Source: a virus. From it: a stretch of 64,000 nt of DNA. Of the stretch, positions 1 through 10,267 are shown piece by piece; the first letter of the stretch is position 1; every line of letters begins with the position of its first letter. A program made the translations under genes and the position numbers. The DNA lies in the IMG/VR virus record IMGVR_UViG_3300020182_000007; one strand, given 5' to 3'. The notes beneath the pieces were generated by a model. That model ran no database searches and was not told where the DNA came from. It saw only the letters and a program-made list of their open reading frames with translations.

Positions 1-532
1 TTCCTAAAAATCTCCAAGTAAGATCATTTTTATAAACTACAGTTGCTTTCCATGTAGATAAACCACGGTACATTGTCATCATGTAATAATCAAAACCAGC
101 GTCTTCATTAGTAAAATAAAAATCTTCAGAAACCCGATCATCTGCATCTAGGTGTAAAAGGTATTCAGTTTTATCTTTTACATAAGATAGCATCTTTGTT
201 TTATTAATTGCATAACCATCCCAAGGATCAACATGCCATGAACCAGGCAACCCTGATTCATCAAAGAATTTTCTTACTACATCAAATGTGCCATCGGTAG
301 AACCATTATCAGCTACTACTACATAGTCACAGTGCTTACCGGCATGTGCTAATGTAACACCTATACAATGTTCCTCATTTTTACACATAGTAGCAAAAGC
401 CATACTTGGCCTATCCTTTACATCACTTACTTTTTTAGTTCCTGTAAATATAATTTTAGTAACTTTCTTTTGCTCCTTTTCTGAAAGCTGGTCCCATTCT
501 TCAATATTAATTGTATGCTTATTATTTTTCAT
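1..532 (-). CDS. Glycosyltransferase family 2, N-terminal part (runs off the window)
   Basis: Translated by hand from ATG at 532: MKNNKHTINIEE...FATMCKNEEHCI...VVADNGSTDGT...LLHLDADD...TWRFLG, with the GT-A DNGSTD and DxD motifs. Not in the ORF track. Confidence 0.85.
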   Translation of the reverse strand, partial: MKNNKHTINIEEWDQLSEKEQKKVTKIIFTGTKKVSDVKDRPSMAFATMCKNEEHCIGVTLAHAGKHCDYVVVADNGSTDGTFDVVRKFFDESGLPGSWHVDPWDGYAINKTKMLSYVKDKTEYLLHLDADDRVSEDFYFTNEDAGFDYYMMTMYRGLSTWKATVVYKNDLTWRFLG

Positions 533-1841
533 CTACTATATAATTTAAAATTTGTTCATTATCTCCCATTAAAACACCAGTCATATCATTTTGTAATTTT
601 CCGGCTCTATTTAATTTATCAATCCAGCAGCTATCGTGCTTACCAAGTTCTTCTATTCTTTTATGAATCAATGGATCATAGTAATCCTTAATTAGTCTAG
701 ACCTTCTATTAATATCAGTTGAGTTATTATCAACGGTTGAGTTATGATTATTAAATTGTAAATACAGCATCTTTCGAATATGTATAAACTTCGTTTCAAG
801 AAAGGTCTTTACAATTAATTCATAATCATCGGCTACTGATACTTGTCGATTATGACCTCCAACTTTAGAATACACATCTTTTCTCCAAAGCCGAGCATGA
901 TTTGGCATACCAATATTAAACCTAATTGTTTTTGGATTTATTTCAGGATAGTAATGTGTTAAATATCTTTGTCCATCAGCCTCTACCCAATCATGTCCGC
1001 TATATCCCCAATTAAACATATTGTCAGGATTTCCATACCATTCTCTATTAGGAGCGGTTAACCCATACGTTCTCATCTCTCCATTTTCATAAAGCTCACA
1101 GACATCAGTGTAAATAAATCCTGAATCTGGGTGTTTTTTAATAGCCAATGCGCAATCTTCAAATAGAGTAGAAATTGCCATATCGTCATGATCTAGCTCA
1201 AATAACCAATTTCCGTTACAGATACTCGCTGCCCGATGTTTTACCTCTCCGACATTCCCTCCACTAGATGGAGTAATTCGATATATTTTTACTCGATTAT
1301 CAGATTTTGCAATTTCCGTTGCAATTTCCCATGTCTTATTATGGTCTAAAGGAGAGTCGTCAACTATTATCCATTCCCAGTTTGGATAGGTCTGGTTAAG
1401 CAATCCTTGATATGCCCGCGTTAACCTTTCTTCGGTTTTGTATGTACCAGTGAAAGCGCTAAAATATGGTAAATCTGTATTGCAGAAAACACTCTGATTG
1501 ATTCTGCAACTGCTATTAGTCGATTGACATACTATATCATTTGCTAGTATATTCTGAGGTGGCTCCTCTTGATAGAAAATAGTTGCATTGTTAATTAATG
1601 TATCCCTATAGTCAAGTGTCTGCTGTATTAATCTCTGTGAGTTTTCTCCAATAACTATAATTAAATCAGCATTAACTTTCGATATTTGGTATCTAATATC
1701 AGACTCGTTAGAAAACTCAAGCCTGTGTACATTTACAAGCTCTTGTAAGTTTTCTTCATAATATACGTCCGATTTAATTTGCGAAAACCCACTATTCCCA
1801 GTTCCGTATATTATTGCAGTAGGAAGTAAAGTTTTAATCAT
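522..1841 (-). CDS. Glycosyltransferase family 2
   Basis: NQTYPNWEWIIVDDS, FELDHDD (DxD) and ADDYEL motifs of GT-A fold enzymes. Confidence 0.9.
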   Translation of the reverse strand: MIKTLLPTAIIYGTGNSGFSQIKSDVYYEENLQELVNVHRLEFSNESDIRYQISKVNADLIIVIGENSQRLIQQTLDYRDTLINNATIFYQEEPPQNILANDIVCQSTNSSCRINQSVFCNTDLPYFSAFTGTYKTEERLTRAYQGLLNQTYPNWEWIIVDDSPLDHNKTWEIATEIAKSDNRVKIYRITPSSGGNVGEVKHRAASICNGNWLFELDHDDMAISTLFEDCALAIKKHPDSGFIYTDVCELYENGEMRTYGLTAPNREWYGNPDNMFNWGYSGHDWVEADGQRYLTHYYPEINPKTIRFNIGMPNHARLWRKDVYSKVGGHNRQVSVADDYELIVKTFLETKFIHIRKMLYLQFNNHNSTVDNNSTDINRRSRLIKDYYDPLIHKRIEELGKHDSCWIDKLNRAGKLQNDMTGVLMGDNEQILNYIVDEK

Positions 1842-1888
1842 ACAATAGCTATTTAACTATTATATGTATATTATTAAGAATGTTTCAG

Positions 1889-3844
1889 CTACGTAGTAAA
1901 ACCATGTTTAAAATGGCTTGCTGTAAGATATAGCTCTGAAATTACATAGTTAACACCATCATTTATACCTGTTGCATCTTTCTGAAAGTTCATGTATACT
2001 AGCCAACTACCTACACCAATTGCCCTAAAAATGAATCTGCCATGTCTGATGTCGGAATTTGTGTCAGATGATACAGCGTGTAGATCAGTTGAGAATACAT
2101 TGCCCGCATTAAGTTCCTTTAGCTGCATTGCAGAATTTGTAGGCACTGTTCCACTTGGTGTTTCAATTTTAAATGAATATTCTATCATGTACTCTCCAGC
2201 TTCCATAAGGTTAAGGGCTCTAAAGTTACCACCATTCAGTACGGTTCGGACGTTGTTACCAAGGCTATCATGGTCAATCCATGAATCGAATATTACATCA
2301 GTATCTCCTGTTACCTCAAGCGGCTCCGTAAGTACCATTATAGTTGGAACTCCCGTTAACTTGTTTATGGTAGACCATTGTGTGTTATAGTCAATACTGT
2401 CTATTTTTTCAAGTATTTGTCCACTAGTTCCTCCTGCCGGAGATCCAGATCCTCCGCTAGTTCCGCTAGTTCCAGGTGTTCCTACACCAACAACCTTAAC
2501 TACGTCAAACGAAAAGTTAATAGGAGTAAAATTAACTGCAGCTCCTGGAGATGTTCTTTTAAAGTAAACTCCTAATGTATCACCTACCGCTAAGTCAACT
2601 AGCTCCGTTATACCAAACGAACCAATTTTACCAGAATCAAACTCGCGTCTAACTTCAGTTGAAGCTATCGGAAGACCATTTAATTCAATTACGCACCAAA
2701 CATCTGTATTATTAGTATCTACTTCTAAAGACAATTGAACATTTATCTGATATACTCCTGCATACCTAATATTAGGAGCAAACGTTGAAGCTGCAGATCC
2801 AGTACCTGCAACATGCTTTAATTCACTTACTTCTCCAAGAGTTTCAGTATTCCAACCTTCATACGTGTTAAGGGCAAGAAGTCTTGGTGCTCCATTTATT
2901 TCAAACATCTGACCATATGCTACGCCGCCTGTTAGGATTCCACTTGTTCCATCAACTCCAGAAGTTCCATCAACTCCAGAAGTTCCATCAACTCCAGAAG
3001 TTCCATCAACTCCAGAAGTTCCATCAACTCCAGAAGTTCCATCAATTCCAGAAGTTCCATCAATTCCAGAAGTTCCATCAATTCCAGAAGTTCCATGAGT
3101 ACCTAAAAAAGTTCCATCAACTCCTGAAGTACCTGAAGTACCATCTTTACCTGAAGTACCTGCAACTCCTGTTTTACCACTTGTTCCATTAGCACCGTCG
3201 CTTCCGTCTGTTCCGCTTGTTCCGCTTGTTCCACTTGATCCAAAAAACTCTCCAGGCTTTCCAGGCTCTCCCTGCTCTCCCTGCTCTCCCTGCTCTCCAT
3301 CAGTACCTGAAGTTCCATGAGTACCTAAAAAAGCTCCATCAATTCCCGGTTCTCCTTGTGCACCATCTGTTCCGCTTGTTCCACTTGATCCAAAAAACTC
3401 TCCAGGTAATCCGGGAGCACCGACAGAACCGTCTGTTCCGCTTGTTCCATCAGTACCGTCGTTTCCAGCAGCACCGTCGCTTCCGTCTGTTCCGCTTGTT
3501 CCATGTGTCCCAAAAAAAGTTCCATCAACTCCTGACGTTCCAGAAGTTCCAGAAGTTCCGTCAGCGTTTGGAATATCTAACGTCCATTCATATGTACCAT
3601 TAGTTTCTGTAAATTTTAGATACTTTTCAACCTGTGTAGATTCAATAAAATTAGCTACTTTATAGTTTTTAATTGTCTCGTCTGAAAGTTCTAAATTGTA
3701 GTCCATTTCATCATGCGACAATGGTCTTCCTAATAATCCCGGAAGAAGTGGCATCCATTGTCCATTTATACCAGTATACATAGATGCTGGTATACCCTTT
3801 TGTTGAAATAAGATAGCGTATTGTTGTAATGTCTTTCTTGCCAT
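1889..3844 (-). CDS. Gly/Thr/Ser-repeat, collagen-like virion fibre or surface protein
   Basis: Long GTSGTSG/GxDGTSG and G-X-Y ([10 protein letters not shown]) tract followed by beta-rich C-terminal domains. Confidence 0.6.
   Translation of the reverse strand: MARKTLQQYAILFQQKGIPASMYTGINGQWMPLLPGLLGRPLSHDEMDYNLELSDETIKNYKVANFIESTQVEKYLKFTETNGTYEWTLDIPNADGTSGTSGTSGVDGTFFGTHGTSGTDGSDGAAGNDGTDGTSGTDGSVGAPGLPGEFFGSSGTSGTDGAQGEPGIDGAFLGTHGTSGTDGEQGEQGEQGEPGKPGEFFGSSGTSGTSGTDGSDGANGTSGKTGVAGTSGKDGTSGTSGVDGTFLGTHGTSGIDGTSGIDGTSGIDGTSGVDGTSGVDGTSGVDGTSGVDGTSGVDGTSGILTGGVAYGQMFEINGAPRLLALNTYEGWNTETLGEVSELKHVAGTGSAASTFAPNIRYAGVYQINVQLSLEVDTNNTDVWCVIELNGLPIASTEVRREFDSGKIGSFGITELVDLAVGDTLGVYFKRTSPGAAVNFTPINFSFDVVKVVGVGTPGTSGTSGGSGSPAGGTSGQILEKIDSIDYNTQWSTINKLTGVPTIMVLTEPLEVTGDTDVIFDSWIDHDSLGNNVRTVLNGGNFRALNLMEAGEYMIEYSFKIETPSGTVPTNSAMQLKELNAGNVFSTDLHAVSSDTNSDIRHGRFIFRAIGVGSWLVYMNFQKDATGINDGVNYVISELYLTASHFKHGFTT
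2946..3089. repeat. 8 x 18-bp tandem repeat (gttccatcaa[c/t]tccagaa) encoding (V/I)DGTSG
   Basis: Read directly: five c-variant and three t-variant copies. Confidence 0.95.
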
Positions 3845-3845
3845 G

Positions 3846-4403
3846 TTAGCAGTTCTTCTTTTTTATTCCTGGAAAATCAGGTCTTTTGGTTTTTATATAA
3901 TATTTATCAATTAAATCTTCGTATGCCTTATTCTTTGTCTGATCTATATAATCACATGGATTAATATATGTTGAATTCGGATTAATATATGTAAAACAAA
4001 CATATTTGACAAAAATACCATTAAGAGTTGACGTTAATTTAAACAATGTGTTTAACGTATTTGTTGTTATGTCATTTACTCTATTACTTTTTGCAGATTG
4101 AAAATTCTCTCTAATATTATTAATAAAGATCTTTTCTTCTCCATTTGTAATCGTAAAATTTAATAAGCTAGCAACACTTTCATCACATGTATAGCATTCG
4201 CATTCCGGATTGTCTAGTTTTATAAATGGATAGTTATCTACTATGAACTTTTTTAATGAATCAATAGAATCAAACCTAGGTATAGTTTTAGATCCACGCT
4301 TAGATACCATGTTAATTAAAACTGAGCTAACTTTGCTTTCGTTAGCCTCTATTTCCTTTAAGGCATCGTATATATTAATAAGAGTTATACGTTCGAATAC
4401 CAT
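3846..4403 (-). CDS. Hypothetical protein
   Basis: 185-aa ORF abutting its neighbours. Confidence 0.6.
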   Translation of the reverse strand: MVFERITLINIYDALKEIEANESKVSSVLINMVSKRGSKTIPRFDSIDSLKKFIVDNYPFIKLDNPECECYTCDESVASLLNFTITNGEEKIFINNIRENFQSAKSNRVNDITTNTLNTLFKLTSTLNGIFVKYVCFTYINPNSTYINPCDYIDQTKNKAYEDLIDKYYIKTKRPDFPGIKKKNC

Positions 4404-4789
4404 TATTTTTTAGCTAAAATATTAGTTAAGATATACGCAATAAGACCAGCTCCTGTAGTAAATAGAACCCAAAACGCTTTAGAAAAACTACTCTTCCATT
4501 TTACAAGGTCTCTGTGATCTTCTAGTACCTTTTCAATTTCTTTTTGCTTCTTTTCGTGAAATTGTCTAAACTCAGTGTTCTTTCTAATTTCAACAATTGC
4601 ACCATCATACGGGTTTAATAACCTTAACTTAAGATCAGTCATGTTATCTTTCATCTCCTCCTGATTTTTGATTAACTGTTGGATAGAAGTGTCTAGCTGA
4701 ATGTAATTAGGATCTTCCATTCTCTGTTTTAGGCTAGAAAACGATTCGATCAATTCGCTTACTAATTCTTCATTACTTTTAGACGACAT
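4403..4789 (-). CDS. Coiled-coil protein with C-terminal transmembrane helix
   Basis: Hydrophobic FWVLFTTGAGLIAYILTNIL tail; GATATATA motif upstream. Confidence 0.6.
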   Translation of the reverse strand: MSSKSNEELVSELIESFSSLKQRMEDPNYIQLDTSIQQLIKNQEEMKDNMTDLKLRLLNPYDGAIVEIRKNTEFRQFHEKKQKEIEKVLEDHRDLVKWKSSFSKAFWVLFTTGAGLIAYILTNILAKK

Positions 4790-4822
4790 AATAGTATATT
4801 GCTTTTCTTTTATATATCAAAG

Positions 4823-4851
4823 AAAAAGGACAGCATATTCTGCTGTCCTTT
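4823..4851 (-). terminator. Rho-independent terminator
   Basis: Minus strand AAGGACAGCA-GAATA-TGCTGTCCTT followed by a T run. Confidence 0.85.
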
Positions 4852-4878
4852 AAATAATACTACTAAATTTGTTGTAAA

Positions 4879-7029
4879 CTAGTTAATGTACATGTTTAAT
4901 TCATATTTATTTCCCATACCATATATTTGAACGTGTACTGCCTTCTTTTGTTCTTTACCGTTTTTATATAATGCTAGAGTATCTTTCTTAGTCTGTCCAT
5001 CTTTTGGTTTAAAGAATCCATCAACGTATGCATTTCCATACTCTCCATTGTCTAGATCGTAACCCATCTTATTAGCATATTTCTCAACCTCATCAATTGC
5101 AGATGAATATTGATTGTGATAAACTTGAAAATCGCTTTTTGATTCATTCAAGAATTGATCTAGTTTAAGAACATGTTTTAAACTTAATGATTCACTTAAA
5201 CCTTTAGTCCAGCTAGAATCTATTTTATATCCATCTAACCATTCTTGAATTTCAGCAAGAGTACCTCTTTTTATTGTAGTGATTGCATTAGAGTATATGC
5301 TAGCATCTTTCTTCATTACATCAAGTTCCCATCTCTTTTTACCAGAAACATATTGTAAATCATATCCCTTTCCTGTTTTAGGATCTGTATATATTGCTGA
5401 TGTTTTACCTTCAGTAACTACCGATCCATCTACTTTCTGGATAATCCATTCTTTCTTTTTTGCAGCAAATTTCTTAGCTAAATGTATTGGCAAATTATTG
5501 TCTACTACTTTACCTGAATTTTTATTAATAACATTATACCTTTCTATGTCCTGATCAATTGTAGTAACTCCTGATTCACTAAGACCTAATGATTTATTAA
5601 CTAGATCTTCAATAACACTAGAATAATCGTCATTCAAGGCCCATTTAATTGTTTGACCTTCACTTCTTGCTTTTTTGTTTATCCATTTAAGGTGTGCTGC
5701 ATCAGTAAGAAATTCAGAAGCTTCTTTTGCAATTCCTTTTGGATCCTTTTTCCATTCTTCAATCGTAGTACCAAAGTTATTACCTACTGTAGCGCCATTG
5801 GTTCTTTTAAGATTATTGATTCCACCGATCTTAATGTATATGTCATTATTAATAGGCATTGCCTCAAAGAAAACTACATCTCTTTCTTCTGGGTTGTTTT
5901 CACCAGATACTTGATCGATAGCATAAGTACTATGAACTCTCCAAGTAGTTTCGCCTTTTACATTATATGCCGCTGAGAATGTATTTGAACCAAATTCAGA
6001 AGCTTTTAACTTATATGCTTTAGCTTCGGTAACTACAGATTCTGGTAAAGGTTTTGCATCTTCATACTTTAGTTTATTATACCACTGAATTGACAGGATA
6101 TAATTATCTGCAAAACTCTTTAGATCCTTTTCACTCTTAAATGATTGACCACCAAGATTAATATCGTGTCCTTTGTAATATAGGTTATAGTGTGCTCCTC
6201 TTGAATTATCTTTTGTTTTAAGAAAAACTATTTCATCGTTTCCAATGAATTTATTTGGCATTTTACCTTCAGTAACTACTGATTCATCCAGTCCAGCTAG
6301 TTGTTTTATTTTTTTAAGAAACTCACTTGCCTTAGGTCCACCATACTGTTGTAATCTTTGTTGCACTAAATCATAGTTTGATATTACCGCTGATTCATTA
6401 CCTCTTTTAAGTGCATTCTTAATTCCAGTAATTCCGTCTTTTACATCTTTCAAATTTTGACCACTAAGACCGGTTTCTTTATAATTAAATCTAGCTTCAG
6501 TAACTACTGATTCGATTATTACCGATTTAAAATCACCAGGTAATCCTCCGTACCATCCAGACTCTTTATTACTAGGAGTTCCTTCACCATAAATGTTATC
6601 TAGAACTTTAACGTCCATTATAACTTCCCATGACTTAGTCTTAGAATCCCATCCAAAATCTTTTTTAATTGAACCTTTTTCGTCTTTAATAAATTCTACA
6701 AAACCATTATAATCATCTTCGTCTTTAAACGCTAGACCAATAGTATTCTTAGCTTCAGTAACTGCTGATTCGTTTTGAGCATCAGCCCATGCAATTTCCC
6801 AATCATCAATATCAAACTTGTAAAATCCTACTAAATCTGCTATTTTATCATTTGCCGATGGATCGTCTTCTCCTCGTTCCACTTCAGTAACATCATAATA
6901 GTTATTATTAATAAATGTTGCAAGATCTTGTTCAGATGGTCTTCTACCTAATTTAGAAATTACTTTCTTAACAGTGTTGTATTTACCAACATCTTCTCTT
7001 CGTTCCTCTATTGTCTTAATATATTTCAT
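4879..7029 (-). CDS. Predicted internal head polyprotein (about 8 modules separated by ESVVTE[A/G]-like linkers)
   Basis: Linkers ESAVTEA, ESVVTEA, ESVVTEG, ESVVTEA, ESGVTT and GSVVTEG, plus an internal KHVLKLDQFLNES leader-like motif. Confidence 0.7.
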   Translation of the reverse strand: MKYIKTIEERREDVGKYNTVKKVISKLGRRPSEQDLATFINNNYYDVTEVERGEDDPSANDKIADLVGFYKFDIDDWEIAWADAQNESAVTEAKNTIGLAFKDEDDYNGFVEFIKDEKGSIKKDFGWDSKTKSWEVIMDVKVLDNIYGEGTPSNKESGWYGGLPGDFKSVIIESVVTEARFNYKETGLSGQNLKDVKDGITGIKNALKRGNESAVISNYDLVQQRLQQYGGPKASEFLKKIKQLAGLDESVVTEGKMPNKFIGNDEIVFLKTKDNSRGAHYNLYYKGHDINLGGQSFKSEKDLKSFADNYILSIQWYNKLKYEDAKPLPESVVTEAKAYKLKASEFGSNTFSAAYNVKGETTWRVHSTYAIDQVSGENNPEERDVVFFEAMPINNDIYIKIGGINNLKRTNGATVGNNFGTTIEEWKKDPKGIAKEASEFLTDAAHLKWINKKARSEGQTIKWALNDDYSSVIEDLVNKSLGLSESGVTTIDQDIERYNVINKNSGKVVDNNLPIHLAKKFAAKKKEWIIQKVDGSVVTEGKTSAIYTDPKTGKGYDLQYVSGKKRWELDVMKKDASIYSNAITTIKRGTLAEIQEWLDGYKIDSSWTKGLSESLSLKHVLKLDQFLNESKSDFQVYHNQYSSAIDEVEKYANKMGYDLDNGEYGNAYVDGFFKPKDGQTKKDTLALYKNGKEQKKAVHVQIYGMGNKYELNMYIN

Positions 7030-7241
7030 TATATTCCTAATTTTTTATGTAAGACTTCCATAAATCCCTTGTAATTGTGAGACCCGTATTCGTCTTTTAA
7101 TACTTTACCTACTGCTAAAGCAAAATCCTCATATGACATTGAATCGTCGATTTTAATTATTGCTTTATTAATTCCCTTTGCTAATGCGTCTGATTCTTTA
7201 GATTCATTAATAAACTCGTTAAAATCTGTAGTATGTTTCAT
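7029..7241 (-). CDS. Small protein with capsid-targeting-like leader
   Basis: N-terminus MKHTTDFNEFINES. Confidence 0.7.
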   Translation of the reverse strand: MKHTTDFNEFINESKESDALAKGINKAIIKIDDSMSYEDFALAVGKVLKDEYGSHNYKGFMEVLHKKLGI

Positions 7242-7245
7242 ATAT

Positions 7246-7896
7246 TTAGTTATTCATTATGTCTGATAGTGACGCAGCGTTTCCAAATTGATAAGAATCA
7301 TTAGTTAATCCAATAGTGTCGTAATTTGTACCTTCACTATAGTCAAACATTACTCCACCATCTAATGAATTATATTGATCCATCACAAAAAACAACTCAT
7401 ATAATTCTTGGAACATTTTATCTTTAATTTTTGAATCAATCCCACTCCCACATGTTACTGCTATTAAGTAGGTTCTCCTACCACCTGGATTAAAGTTTGC
7501 TCTACCTTGAATTTCTCCGCCAACAGTAGAACTCATTGTACCAGACCATCCACCAGCTGCTCCAGTCGAAGACTGATCAACTTCATATTTTTTATACTTC
7601 TTAATTACTTTAGAAATCTTCTCTGCTAATTTAACAGAATTTCTTCCTCGAAATATATCATAATCGTCTTGTTTGTCATCACCTTGAACCATTAAGGGTT
7701 CTTTATAATTAGGTAATTTACCAGACTTAAGAGCTGCTTCAGCGTTCTTTAAAACCTTTGTATAACTACCGCCCCATTTTTCAACAGCTATTTTGGCAAT
7801 TCTAACCTTGTCTTTTAATTTAGATTTAACACCCGATTTATCAAATGAAATAGATTCTTCGTTGACAAACTCTTCAAATAGTTTTACCTTTTTCAT
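7246..7896 (-). CDS. Protein with capsid-targeting-like leader
   Basis: N-terminus MKKVKLFEEFVNEE. Confidence 0.7.
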   Translation of the reverse strand: MKKVKLFEEFVNEESISFDKSGVKSKLKDKVRIAKIAVEKWGGSYTKVLKNAEAALKSGKLPNYKEPLMVQGDDKQDDYDIFRGRNSVKLAEKISKVIKKYKKYEVDQSSTGAAGGWSGTMSSTVGGEIQGRANFNPGGRRTYLIAVTCGSGIDSKIKDKMFQELYELFFVMDQYNSLDGGVMFDYSEGTNYDTIGLTNDSYQFGNAASLSDIMNN

Positions 7897-7897
7897 A

Positions 7898-8842
7898 CTA
7901 ATTTATTTTCGGGTATTTTTTCTTAAATTCCTTATATATATTTTTATAATTACGGGCGCTCATATGATCTTCAGCAGCTTTAAGTAAATCTTCTAAAGAA
8001 GTCCACTCTGTATTAGCTAATTGGTCCTGAGTTGTTGAAACTTGAGCCATTCTGTCTAGAATTGAATCAATTATTTCAGGAGTTAACTTAGTTTCTTTAC
8101 TCGGTTTATCTATACCATCGGCTCTCTTAAGCGTCCACCAATCAACCTTTTTAGGAATGATATATGTTACAATTCCTTTTTCCTGGTCGTTTCCACTGAT
8201 TCTATTAGGTTGGCCTATATTACTGGTGATATTATCTAAATCTAGATTATCATCAAATCCCTTTAGTACTTTTTTAATTTCTGTAGTTAAATCTTTATTT
8301 GCGTTGTCTGGTTCAGATTTAATAACATACATACCTGAACTATCTGAATCATTATATTGTGCTATACTTTTTAATTTTATAAGTACTTTTTTAATCTCTT
8401 TTCTATATTCTCCTGGTTCTAATCCGTTGTTGTATTCCGGAAACGTTTGAGTTGCTTCCCATACGTTAACAATGTTACTATTAGAAAGAGAATCAGCTTC
8501 TTTTAATTCATGAAAGTTATCATCTACTTGTTTTAAGTATTCATATGCTGATGTTATATGCGATTGAATCCATCCAGGTAAGTCTTTTTCAGTAGTTCCT
8601 ACCTTTTGTTGAATGCTTGATAAAGATTTATACATTGCATTTAATTGACCCTGTGCCATTCCAACTTCGTGGTCTCCATCCTCATTTACTGATTCGCGGA
8701 CTCCATATGTTTGCATGTATTGATCTCGAGTAATTCCAAGACTGTTACAATGGTATTCTATAAAATCCATCGCTCCGTAGTTATCATTTGGTATAAACTG
8801 AGTTATGCCCTTAACAAATTTGTTTCCAAAATATTTTGCCAT
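7898..8842 (-). CDS. Probable head-associated multi-module protein
   Basis: GATATATA motif upstream, internal ESVNE motif, and position within the leader-bearing cluster. Confidence 0.5.
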   Translation of the reverse strand: MAKYFGNKFVKGITQFIPNDNYGAMDFIEYHCNSLGITRDQYMQTYGVRESVNEDGDHEVGMAQGQLNAMYKSLSSIQQKVGTTEKDLPGWIQSHITSAYEYLKQVDDNFHELKEADSLSNSNIVNVWEATQTFPEYNNGLEPGEYRKEIKKVLIKLKSIAQYNDSDSSGMYVIKSEPDNANKDLTTEIKKVLKGFDDNLDLDNITSNIGQPNRISGNDQEKGIVTYIIPKKVDWWTLKRADGIDKPSKETKLTPEIIDSILDRMAQVSTTQDQLANTEWTSLEDLLKAAEDHMSARNYKNIYKEFKKKYPKIN

Positions 8843-8868
8843 CTTATATTTAATATTATTTAATTACT

Positions 8869-9348
8869 TTATATATCTAATTGATTTTGAACCTTAGCCC
8901 AATACTTTTCAGTTCTTTTATTTTTTAAACCTCTTGGACCACCATTCCAACAACGAGCTATTTCTTCAAAACCGCCTTCCGGATGATGGTAGTTTTTCCA
9001 AAATAAAAACATTTCAATTGAGCTCTGTCTATCAAATCTATCTTTTAATTTATATCGTTGAGTTGAACCCATTTTTTTTAAAATACGATTTACTTCTCTA
9101 ACCATAACAGGTCTTATTTGTAATACACCAACTGAGGGTTCACCGAGATGTATATCTCCAACTGCAGAATCATTACCTCTAGATTCTACATATATTAATG
9201 CATTTATTAAATCTTTTTCTAGAAGTGGCTGTATTTGCTCGACAGTATCTATGCATTCTGTTTCATAGATAGGTAAAATATCGTTTAATTCGGTACTATT
9301 CATTAACATAGAAGGAAGAAACAATGTCATCATTACAATTCTTTTCAT
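8869..9348 (-). CDS. Lysozyme-like muramidase/transglycosylase (i-type/destabilase-like)
   Basis: ALIYVES, VGVLQI and IARCWNGGP motifs; hydrophobic N-terminus. Confidence 0.7.
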   Translation of the reverse strand: MKRIVMMTLFLPSMLMNSTELNDILPIYETECIDTVEQIQPLLEKDLINALIYVESRGNDSAVGDIHLGEPSVGVLQIRPVMVREVNRILKKMGSTQRYKLKDRFDRQSSIEMFLFWKNYHHPEGGFEEIARCWNGGPRGLKNKRTEKYWAKVQNQLDI

Positions 9349-9507
9349 AATATTACGTTAGGTTATAATTAATATATTTAAATGTTGATTTTTTACATAG
9401 CTTATATGAGTAATTTAACAGATGTTTCAAATTTGATTGCTTTAACTATAGTACTAATATAAACAAAAAGATTGACATAAAAAAATATAGAGTGATTTAT
9501 TTTGCAA

Positions 9508-9535
9508 AAAAAAATGCAGCTGTTAGGCTGCATTA
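9508..9535 (-). terminator. Rho-independent terminator
   Basis: Minus strand AATGCAGC-CTAACA-GCTGCATT followed by a T run. Confidence 0.8.
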
Positions 9536-9562
9536 AGTTTTATATTAAGTTAAGAATAAGAT

Positions 9563-9964
9563 CTAGTATACCATATTAAAATTAGTCTTTAATTCATCGG
9601 CTTCACTAGATTCGTGGTCTTCAACTCCGAAATCAGTCAGCAGCATAGTATACAAGCTGTTCCAATCTTCGTTATCTGCAAAATTATCTAAATGCTTTTG
9701 ATTAGATTTAATATATTTCTTTAAATCGCTTCTTAAGCCTTCAGCAACTACTGATTCATCAAGCCCTAATGCTTTTATTGCAGATGCATGTTCTTTTGAG
9801 GAAACAAAAACAAATGCCTGTCCTTTTTGATTCCAATCAATTTTAGAATCTCTAAGTACATCCATAGCTTTACTTAAATCCATCATATCTGTTATACCCG
9901 CATCTTTAAATGAGAGCATTTTAGCTTCGTTTATAAATTGTTCAAATAATTTAATATGTTTCAT
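9563..9964 (-). CDS. Two-module protein with capsid-targeting-like leader
   Basis: MKHIKLFEQFINEA leader and internal GLDESVVAEG linker. Confidence 0.75.
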   Translation of the reverse strand: MKHIKLFEQFINEAKMLSFKDAGITDMMDLSKAMDVLRDSKIDWNQKGQAFVFVSSKEHASAIKALGLDESVVAEGLRSDLKKYIKSNQKHLDNFADNEDWNSLYTMLLTDFGVEDHESSEADELKTNFNMVY

Positions 9965-9977
9965 GATTTATCTTTAT

Positions 9978-10253
9978 TTACATTACTTCTTTTACGTCAA
10001 TGTCGTAGATTTTCTTGAGTTGTTTAATAAACTCCATTTCACCTATCTTTTGGAGTAGTTCACGATTTTGCTTTCCGTTAGTCCAAAAAACCTCATGATT
10101 ATCAACTTCGGTAGTTGAACCAAATCTTTTACCACCTTTGTCTATTAACTCAACCTGATCTCCGTCAATAACATCTTTAAAGTCTTGCTTTTTCATACCC
10201 TTTGGTATAGTTGCTTCGTTTAAAAATTGTTCAAATAATTTAATGTATTTCAT
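9978..10253 (-). CDS. Small protein with capsid-targeting-like leader
   Basis: MKYIKLFEQFLNEA. Confidence 0.75.
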   Translation of the reverse strand: MKYIKLFEQFLNEATIPKGMKKQDFKDVIDGDQVELIDKGGKRFGSTTEVDNHEVFWTNGKQNRELLQKIGEMEFIKQLKKIYDIDVKEVM

Positions 10254-10267
10254 TTTATATTCAATAT

